Made by a program: the position numbers and the translations under genes. Below, piece by piece: positions 1-10,200 of a stretch of 64,000 bases of DNA. Position 1 is the first letter of the stretch, and each line of letters opens with the position of its first letter. The notes beneath the pieces were generated by a model. That model did not search any database and had not been told where the DNA came from. It saw only the letters and a program-made list of their open reading frames with translations. Origin of the DNA: Magallana gigas (taxonomy: Eukaryota); NCBI RefSeq assembly GCF_963853765.1, contig NC_088855.1, positions 42,780,001-42,844,000 on the forward strand, given 5' to 3'.

Positions 1-3000
1 GCCTCTGCTAGCATTTTATCAATATAAGCCAAGTGAAACTTGCTGCGTTGTGATTTGTCCCACACAAATTGAACAACGGGAATGTGGCCTGAAATTCTCC
101 TCTCAATCAGAAGGGCCCTGAAAGTAACAAAAAATTATTAAAAACCCTGTTTTAAATAACAAAATCACATGTACAGGTACCATACCCTTAGTTATTTCAA
201 TATACCAAAAGCATTATTGAGAGAGTTGAAAGAATGAGCAAGAGATTCCAGTTTATGTTTTGTCTCCATGTTGCCATTCAAATTACAATTTGTACATGTA
301 CCACAGTATGCCTTACATTTTTAATTGTGCATTTAAACATCTTGTGTACATTTACAGATGTACAATATAATGTATGTACATGTAAACATGTGCTAGCTTT
401 ACAATATGTAGATATGTGGAGGCTGGGGATGATCAACACTCAGCTTTAGCACACAGAGGGAATGTTCTTCCCTAAGAGCTTGCTCAGGATCAATATTAAA
501 GGATCAATATTAAAATCTAGGCAAAGCAAAGATCAGTTATCTTTAAGTCATGAAAATTTTTTTGGTGATAACAAAAAATTGTGGATTAGTCAGCAAGCAT
601 TTCAAAGAAAATAGTTACATAGAATGACAGTTAGATGGAAAGAGTAAAGCCTGTCTCACACAGAACACGGTTGGGCACACGTTTCCAATACGGTATACTC
701 GGTTATACACGGGTGGACTGGTACGAGTATTGAGCTCCAACCGTGCCTGGGGATGAGTTGGTACGATTTAGACTCGAATGTAGCACGAGTATGTACGAAA
801 AAAGCACAGATATACTCGGTCCAGCAAGGTTTGTCACGGTTTGAACACGATTTGCAAACGATTTTCATACGATTGTTGTACGGTTCCAAGTACGGTCTAG
901 TAAGGTCTGTTAAGGCCTAGTACAATTAAACACGACTTTTACTCGATTAACTGGACATTTACAGGGTTTACATACGGTCCCACCGACTTTTGTTCGAGTT
1001 ATGCTCGAATTAACACACATTTGTGTACTGTGGTTTCATAAATATTCGTTGAATACCAATTTTCGTGGATTTTGTTGTTAAGTTGATCCACGAAAGGACT
1101 ATATATGGTTTGAGCCTAAAATGGCCCCCTAAAATGAACATTGTCATTTTACTGTAATTCTTTGTTTTATTTGTACAAATATACATTTGAAGTTTTTTCA
1201 TAATTTTCATTTTGATTTTAGTGCCCACAATTTAAAAATATGACATCATAAAGTTGACCTTTTCCCGCCATTTTCTCATTTTTAGCATAAAACGGCTTGT
1301 TTTGAGGCAGTTTTTCTTAAAGGAAACATTGAGCGACTGCTTGAACAAACAAAATATTTTCACCAAAGATGTATCTGTACAATACTTATAAGTGACAAAA
1401 AGTTCGTTCTTGTTCAAAGAGTCGCTCTATATTTCCCATTCGAAAAAAGGTAAGAAAAATGTCAAATTTTGGTTGATTTTGATTGAATTATAAAAATAGC
1501 GTCACTTCTGACGTCATATACTGCCAGTGAGTGCATATAAATCAAATAAATGGGTGAAAAACATATTTCATGTCAACTCTTTTTTAAAATAACACAACAA
1601 GTTAATGTACCTGAATCATTTTAAAAATAGCGAATTTTGGGGGCCAAATTTGACTAATATCATATATAGTTCTTTATTGTTCATTGAAGTGCAATTTCTA
1701 TTAACATTTTCTATTGATAGGGACATTGGCCACGAATTTACGTATCCTTAAAACTGTGATGTTCACTTTATCCACGAAATTTGATACCCTTGAATATTAA
1801 TGAAACCACAGTATGTTTTGATATAAATTGACTCGTTTTGATGGCTTGGCTTCATAAATTTTTCGAATTTTCAACAGAGAAGTTATAAAAATGGCAGATG
1901 ACAGAATAAGGGAATTAGAAATCATAATAAGGTAGTGTCAGTGGGTCCTCCAGCTCATCAGGGTCGACAGGGTAAACAGGTTGAAGTAGTCGGAGGGCCT
2001 TGGTGGCATTTTGTATTCTCTCTGGGAGAATCTTCCATGGTGGGGATTCTTTTGGGGACCTTCTTCTTCTTTGGAGTCATTATGTAGCAAGTACTCTGTT
2101 GTTTCAAGGTGTCAGCAGGTAGTTGTGTTTTCTGTTGTGTTCGAGTGCTGTATGATCATACACAAGCTTTGTACAGACCATGTATAATTCGTACTTGAAC
2201 CGTATTGGTCGTATGGCGATCGTATGAAACCGTATTGGTCGTATAAATCTGTGTGTACACTCGTGTGAATCGTACGGTGATCGTGTGACATTCGAGTGTT
2301 AATCCGGGTGTTGGATGTAGGACTTGGGAATGGTTTCACACGATTCCATACGATTTATATACGATATTGACACGGTTGAGCTCACTCGTGGAATGGACTT
2401 CATGTGCGGTTGTATATACGGTCTCGTACGGTCTCACACAGTCTTGTACGATCGCTAATATGATCATACACGGACATGGCACCCGTGCCAGTTTTTTAAA
2501 AGTTTAAAAAATCATACACGGCTTTCACGGATACACTCGAATGGCCCGAGTGTAAGTCGGATAAGGCCACGGTTGGTTCGGTTGTATGTACGGTTTACAC
2601 GGGTGGCCAACCATATTAGCCGTGTGTTATGTGTGAGACAGGTTTAACATAAACAATATATGCCAAGGCTGATATTGGGGAAAAAAACCCATTCAAATAG
2701 TCTTTATACCTGAGCTTCTTAGCTTTGGAGTTGAGAAGATTTTTCACTTGATCTCGTTTTTCAACATCCTCTGATTCTATCTGCCAAAAGACATTCATTG
2801 AACTCATCTCTGGGCTCCATACAACCTGTCGTAAAGAAAGAGGTTGAAAATGTTCTTAGAGAAAGGTTGTTAGGATGTACATATACCTGAATAATGTTAG
2901 GATGTACATATACTTGAATAATGCTAATGTTTATTCTAGTATATCTAAATTTGTCCAATAATATTTTATTTTGTAACCAAGCATGTCCCCCCCTTCCCTT

Positions 3001-4111
3001 TGAAAAATTCAAACTTTGGAAATCATACAGAAAATTACCCAAAATTAGGCCTCGGACCCATTTCCATCGGTCTATTTAGAGAGCGCAAAGTCTTACCTTT
3101 GAGATGCTGACCCCTAGTGGTGGGATATTTGGGTCAAGTTCACCGGTGTCAAAGTATTCCACTATTGCATCATGAATAACCTGGCTAACTCGGAAAGATT
3201 GAAATTTCATTCCCTCCGATACATACTGCCCGGCTGTTGGCGAGTTCTGGAAATTAGAAATTGAAAAGATAATTTTCATGCATGTGCACTTATTTATAGA
3301 GAATAATATAATTGACTTTCTAATGAAAGTTGTTTATAATGAAATGACATACAGGTACATGTTTTTATGGAAAATTTTGAAATTGGCAACAATTATTTAA
3401 ACTTTAATAAAACTGTTAAAATTTTTGGGTGTCAAAATTATACTCTTCTTGAGACTTAAATATACTGTTACTTACTCCTGTGTGTCGAAACTTCTTTCTG
3501 GAAAAGAAGAAGTAAAATTATTAACCTTAATAATTCTCCCTAGCCCAGGCATATCAAACTCTATTACATGTATACAAAGAATGATTGGTTTGGGAAAGTA
3601 TATAACCAGAGACACTATGTCTCTGATATAACTGTATAGTACTTTAGTATTAACATATATTTATGTCATGTTACTATTAACATAATTTCACTATTTTGAT
3701 ATACATGAAGGCCCAGAGACATAAATAACATTATTTGTTATTTATGTCTCTGGTAGGCCTAAACATTTTCTACTGCGTCAACGGGAAGGTTGGGGTGTAT
3801 AAATTTGGCTCACTTAAATTTAAACCCCATTACTGAAGGAATGATTGGGATCAGAGTATTTCAATGTTTAAGACATTAGCAGACAATTAAAGTTAAATAT
3901 TTAGAAGCAGAGTTTGGGTGTCCTTCACTAAGTTATATAGAAAAAACCCCAAATTTCGGGTTAAATAAACCAAAACCAACTTTTTCCCTCCTTTCTCTAA
4001 GATTTTCTTCAGAAATTTAGCGGTGGATCCGTGTCGTTGAAACAAACTTGAATAAACAGCAGGCCGAATAAACAAGTGCCTTAAATTCCCCACGTGCCTG
4101 ACAGGGTACAT
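1..4111 (-). CDS. RBFA: Mitochondrial ribosome-binding factor A, 5' part; gene continues past the left edge
   Basis: Exons (minus) 4111-3981, 3497-3476 (22 nt), 3246-3097, 2825-2710, 117-<1, all GT-AG with matching phases (2,0,0,2). Translation: MYPVRHVGNLRHLFIRP...STAKFLKKILEKGGKKKKFRHTG|NSPT...QVIHDAIVEYFDTGELDPNIPPLGVSISK|VVWSPEMSSMNVFWQ...NSKAKKLR|ALLIERRISGHIPVVQFVWDK...IDKMLAEA. This parallels vertebrate RBFA (NVELSK|VSLTPDFSACRAYW...RNVPPIVFVQDK) and has an Arg-rich, acid-free N-terminus like a mitochondrial presequence. Confidence 0.85.
1026..1813. mobile_element. MITE with TACTGTGG...CCACAGTA ends, nested in the Harbinger-like element
   Basis: TACTGTGGTTTCATAAATATTC matches the reverse complement of GAATATTAATGAAACCACAGTA at 21/22. 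A related uninterrupted copy lies at ~39570-39750. Confidence 0.75.
1096..1672. mobile_element. Spy-like TIR element (577 bp) inserted at AAA|TTT with no TSD
   Basis: Imperfect ~40-bp TIRs (GGACTATATATGGTTTGAGCCTAAAATGGCCCCC / reverse complement GAACTATATATGATATTAGTCAAATTTGGCCCCC). Flanked by AAA (1093-1095) and TTT (1673-1675). Removing it restores a host MITE colinear with the copy at ~39620-39660. Confidence 0.7.
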
Positions 4112-4202
4112 GACGAATTGAGTCGGGCTCGAGATTTAAATTTTTCTATTTTCGATTTCACCACCACCAACTTCCTTTTCAGACTGAATTTCCTCACTCA
4201 AT
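4112..4202. promoter_or_regulatory. Very short head-to-head region between RBFA and TCF25 (bidirectional promoter)
   Basis: RBFA ATG at 4111 (minus) and TCF25 ATG at 4203 (plus) are 91 bp apart. Confidence 0.7.
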
Positions 4203-7200
4203 ATGTCAAGCAGAGCATTGAGAAAGTTACACGGGAATCAAGATCTAGACATTATCAAGAATGGTCAGAACACCGACGAAGAAGAAGAAGAGGAGCATGA
4301 AAGTCTCGTAACATGTAAAAAGAAAAACAGGAAACCCATAAATCCATTTCTACTGGTACAGTTCTGTATATCGTCAACTCAGCTTTGTACTTCAGTTGTG
4401 ATCTGGGAAAATGGAATTAGAGTCATGTATTTATTATTTTTATGGTTATTTTCTGTATTACGTCTTAGTCACAACTCAATGGATAACATACATTGATTTC
4501 CAACAGATGATGATTTCAATCTGTTATACTACATGTGTATGTCCCAATTTAACTTTAAGCAGCTAAGATATCCTCAATTCACATATTGCTTAATAACTCA
4601 ATATTTATAAATACCTCTGGGTTCAAATGACGTTCATTCAAAAGTATGAAAAAATTCCAAGATTTCTCCTTTGAAATGCCCCATCTAGCTTATCAGGTTT
4701 TTGCCAAGTGAAAAATAATGATAAGGTCCAAATGTGACAGTACAATAACTTAGGACAGACTATAATTCATGTCGTATTTTGTAAGTTTTCTTATTCCCAA
4801 TAATTCAAGTAACATCCATTTAGATATGGTGACCTCCATTCTGTTTAAGAATGTTTAATAAGAGCTATATTAAAAAATCAATGGATACCTCCAGACTAAT
4901 GAATCAAATAAAGTACATGTACAGTGCTTACATATGTATATGATTGCCGGCATTTGTGCAAAGCATGTTTGCTTTGCTTTCTGTACTTGACTGGTTTGCC
5001 TCCATTGATATGCATTTGATCTGAGTCATAGCAAAACAACTACCATCCTTGTAAACCAAACTTGCCCCAATGACATATCTGGTTTGATTGTTACTTGACA
5101 ATACATGACTGTAAGTCTTTCATTGGAAGATCATTTTGCCAGTTGCATTTTTAAAAAAATAAATTAATACCAGGTACTTTTTCATAACTAAAATGATGAA
5201 GTCCATTGTTGACTCATGCTTGTGCAGAATATATATGGTCATCATACAATTGATATCTTTTTTATATGCTTCAAATGCTGGTTCCAAGAGCCTCAAACTG
5301 CAGAAGGGAGGTTTTCATCAGTGAATTAATGCATTCTGTCACAGTTTTTTATAACCTTTGGAAATCTGTTATCTTCATCCTGTGAAGTATGAATGGGGCA
5401 TTAAGATTGTAATACTGTAATTAAAACCTTGATCATAATACAGTTAGGTGAAGAGGAAGATGAACATCACAGTGAAGAAAACAATGAAGAAGATGCAGTA
5501 GCTCCAGATCAGACATCTAAACCTGATTTCCAAGAAGGTACTACAAACAAAAAGAAGAAGAAGAAAAAGAAAAAGAAGAAAAAATCAGCTGAAAAGGAAG
5601 TTGATAATGAGGTAAACAAAAAGCTGTAATGATTTAAAAAGAATCACAAATTTATTTAAAGAGAAAAAGTTCAACATTGTTCTGATAATTATAAAGAATT
5701 ATTTAAAAAATATAGCGTCAAAAATACAAGGAAATCTGTTCTGTATATGCTTGTAAACTGTTGGTATGCCGGTACAGTTTTTTAAAAATATACATGTATA
5801 TTTAAAAAAATGCAATTTCTTTATCAATATGTACTGTAAAAATGTTTCTGGAGAAAAACTGTTTGAATCTTTACGAAGATTTTGAAAACCTACCGGTACA
5901 ATTTTTTTTTTGGACAGGATGATGAAATAGAGGCCAGCATAAAAGAAGTCAATCGCATTCTGGAGAATTCGGGTCACGGTGCTGAGTCTTTGATTATGAG
6001 AGTAGACACTGTGAATGACTCACAAAAAGCCCTCCTCATGGTGGAACATAAGTAGGAATTCTGTTTGGGTTTTTTTTCACATTTAAATGGAATGACAGAG
6101 AAGTGATGTAGAAGTATTTGAATGATACATGTTTTACATACCTTTGGTCTATCATTTTACTTTCGTTTTCTTTTTGTTTGGACACTTTTAGGAATCTGAA
6201 TCCAGATAACGAATTGAAAAGGATTTTTGGATCAAGGGTAGTACAAGCAGAGTCCTCGTAAGATAATTGAATTACATAAACTGGTGCTCAGAGATACTTT
6301 GTCATTCATCTAATTTTAAAACACTAAGATTAACCTTCATTTTTTACATGCAGAAGGCGGAGACAAAGAAATATGCCCATGCGTCGACGGACAAGTTGGT
6401 TAGCTACACCTAAGGACACATGGCCACACATTGGGAAAACAGGTTAGGGCCATAGTGTTGCATAAATTGATTTTATGTATTTATTTAAGGAATAAGGAAT
6501 CATTCTTTGAGTATTATGAGGTGATCAATTATGGCTGAATATTGTTGAATATAATCGAATATTAAAATATTCATTGATGAAATGTATTGGTCCATACATT
6601 ACAAAATAGATTTGTCATGTTATCACAGACAAAGGCACTGGAAGATGTAAATGTTTTAGATTCAAGCTCTTCTACATAATGTAAGTGTATTATATACATG
6701 TACATGTGTATGATCTTGTTTGTCAGGTCTGTTCAATTTCAAATTCATTAAATGTATTAATGTGAATTTGCTATACATGTACATGCTTTTAACAAATTGT
6801 TGCCCATAAATCCCCAAATATTTTCATATCAGTGTCGCTTGATTTTGTATTATTTTTCTGTTTTGTTTTAGGATTGACTATGTCACTGAAGGAGACACAG
6901 GGCAATGTAAACTACTTTGTATTTGAACACAATCACCAGTACCAGCAAGTGCAATTCAAATTCTATGACGCTGTAGAATCTCTGAACCCTCAAAATATAA
7001 TGGTAAAATATGATAAATTATATAGAGATCTTTGGTACATGTATTGTGTCAAAACATTGTCTGTAGTTTTCACCAGTACTGCTAGAATTTCAAACTGTTT
7101 TGAATTTAAATTATTGCATTTTTGTAAAATACATTTATTATACTTTTGAATATATTTGATACCTTGATTTTGTAACAGGATATCATAAGGACATATCCAT

Positions 7201-10200
7201 ACCATGTGGATGCCTTGATCCAGATGAGTGAAGTGTTCCGGATGAGTGAGGACATGCAGACAGCTGCTGACCTAATTGGTAAGAATAGACCTTTGTGTTT
7301 TATATTTACATCAGGCAATTTTAGATCATACATGTATGTAATCACTCTTTGACTGTAAAAATTGTTTTGTAGAGTGTCTTTTATATTTCTTTGATATTTT
7401 TCAATTTGTTGTAGAGAGAGCCCTATTTTCCTTTGAGATGTCTTTCCATTCCTTGTTTAGTCTAACAACGGGCATCTGTCGTCTGGACTTCAAGCTGGCA
7501 GAAAACAGGTAATACAAACCAAAAATTCAGTCAGTAACTTGTAGATGCTGAAGGATTATTGACCAAACTAATGAAAAAAATGTTAAGCATAATATTATAC
7601 TATTTTTTAATTAAATTTGTTAATTTTTGTATTATATTCATACATATTTTATTATTCCTTTGTAGACCATTTTATCTAGGCCTCTTCAAGCATCTAGTGA
7701 ATGTTGGTCAGAGAGGTTGTTACAGGACAGCTCTGGAGTTCTGTAAACTGCTGCTGAGGTAATATCTCTATCCGTTTTCCTGTAAATCTATGACTCCAAG
7801 TGATATGCTAGCTAAACGTTTTTTTAATTAAATCAGAGAGATTAATTTCCTTCACAAATGCATTTATTGATGAAAGCTTAAATGAAGTATCTATTCCAAA
7901 TTGAAAAAAATTCAAAAGATTCTTTGGGTTTTTTGTTTTGATTTTGCTTGATTTTTGTTTTCCTTTATTGGAATTAAAATTGTCAAATGAATGCTTTTTA
8001 GCTCACCGAGACGAAGTCAGGGGGAGCTTATGCTATACCCTCGGCGTCGGCGTCGGCGTCCGGACCTGGTTAAAGTTTTTGTTGCAGGTCCTGTATCTAA
8101 GCTATTACTTGTCCTATCTTCACCAAACTTGCATGGATGATGCATCTGGACCTACTTATGGACTTGAAAGACTTGGATGCTTAATCTGAGTCCTAAATTT
8201 CAGATGCTGGAGGAGGTTAAGGTTGTTGGACCAGGTTAAAGTTTTTGTTGCAGGTGCCCTTTGACAGCAATATCTAAGTTACTGCTGGTCCGTACTTCAC
8301 CAAACTTGCATGGATGGTGTGTCTTATGATACTGATGCACCAGACAGGCTTGAGTGCTGAATCTAAGCTTAAGGTTTCGGATGCTGGAGGAGGTTAAGGT
8401 TTTTGGAGCAGGTTAAAGTTTTTGTTGCAGGTGCCCTTTGATAGCAATATCTAAGTTACTGCTGGTCCGTACTTCACCAAACTTGCATTGATGGTGTGTC
8501 TTATGATACTGATGCACCAGGCAGGCTTGAATGCTGAATCTGAGCTATAGGTTACAGATGCTGAAGGAGGTTAAGGTTTTTAGAGCTGGTTAAAGTTTTT
8601 GTTGCAGGTGCCCTCTGATGATTATATCTTAGTTACTACTTGTTCTAACTTCACCAGACTTCCATGGATAGTGCGTCTTATGATACTGATGCACCAGACA
8701 GGCTTAAATGCTGAATCTGAGCCATAGGTTTCGGATGCTGGAGAAGGTTAAGGTTTTTAGAGCTGGTTAAAGTTTTTAAAACAGGTGCCCTCTGATGATT
8801 ATTTCTTAGTTATTACTTGTCCTAACTTCACCAGACTTCCATGGATGGTGCGTCTTATGATACTGATGCACCTGGCAGGCTTGAATGCTGAGTCTGAGCC
8901 ATAGGTTTCAGATGCTGGATATGGTTAAGTTTTTTTGAACAGGTCACATGTTTAATAGATAATAGTACTATTTCAAACTTGCATAGTTGATTAAACTGAA
9001 ATATGAATGAATCACAGAGGAAGCTTCAGATGCAGAGCTTGATCTCCATTATCAAGGATGCTAAAAAATATATCTTAGTTATTACAGGTCCTAACTTCAC
9101 CAAACTTGAATGGATGGTGTGTCTTATGATACAGATGCACCTGACAGGCATGGATGTTGAATCTGAGCCATAGGTTGCGGATGCTGGAGCAGGTTAAGGT
9201 TTTAAATGCTAGTGCCCTCTGATGATGATATCTTAGTTATTACTGGTCTGAACTTCACCAAACTTGCATGGAGAAGCGTCTTATGTATACTGATGCACCC
9301 GACAGGCTTGAATGCTGAATCTGAGCCATAGGTTTCGGATGCTGGATGAGGTTTAGTTTTTTGGAACAGGTCACATGTTTTATAGATGATAGCTTGCATA
9401 GTTGATTTAACTATATTATAAATGAAACGCAGAGGTTGCTTCAGATGCAGAGCCTGATCTCCATTACCAAGGATGCTAAAGAAATCTCCTTAGACCTACC
9501 TTACTCAAACCTGCTCGATAGATAGATGTGTTTGTTGATAAATGATATAACATGATTCCTATGATATAGAATTGTATGGTATGAAACAATATTGTTTAAT
9601 ATGATACAATATAATATCATATGTAATATTATAAAAAGTTATATGATATGATATGATATGATATGGAATCAATTTTAAATATTTTATATTATGATATTGT
9701 ATCATGATATCGTTATGTATAGTATTGTATATTATAATATAATATGGTATAATATTATATTGTATTATAAATTTATTATTTTATCACATGATACTATAAC
9801 ATAAGATATTGCAAAATATAATATTGTATCCTATGACACAATATTGTATATTCTATAATATTGTATCATACGATATTGTATAATATGATATAAGTTTCTG
9901 TAATATATAATTATATCACATGAAATTGTATAATATGATACTGTAATATTATATAATATCGTATCATACGATATTGTATAATATGATATTGGTTTATAAT
10001 ATGATATATTATCACATCACATGAAATTGTTTTGTATGATATTGTAAAATATATTATTGTATCATATGATACAATATGTATAATATAATATTGTATTATA
10101 TAATATTTTACTTTATCACATAATATTGTATCATTTGATATGATACAATGTTGTACATATCAAATTATATTGTATCATATGATACAATATCATATTATGT

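Larger units (their letters stand above)
648..2644. mobile_element. PIF/Harbinger-like non-autonomous DNA transposon in RBFA intron 4
   Basis: Left end AGCCTGTCTCACACAGAACACGG and right end CCGTGTGTTATGTGTGAGACAGGTT are inverted repeats, flanked on both sides by TAA (645-647, 2645-2647). Many CACGR/TACGR subterminal motifs at ~660-1010 and ~2120-2620. A 3-bp TAA duplication is typical of PIF/Harbinger. Confidence 0.75.

Noticed and set aside
8236-8943. Regularly spaced direct repeats that might suggest a CRISPR array
   Set aside because: They are contiguous 177-bp monomers without unique spacers, in a eukaryotic intron, with no cas genes.
7938-9399. ORFs at 7938-8189 and 9202-9399
   Set aside because: They lie in or across the HINE repeat array and have no protein-like signal.
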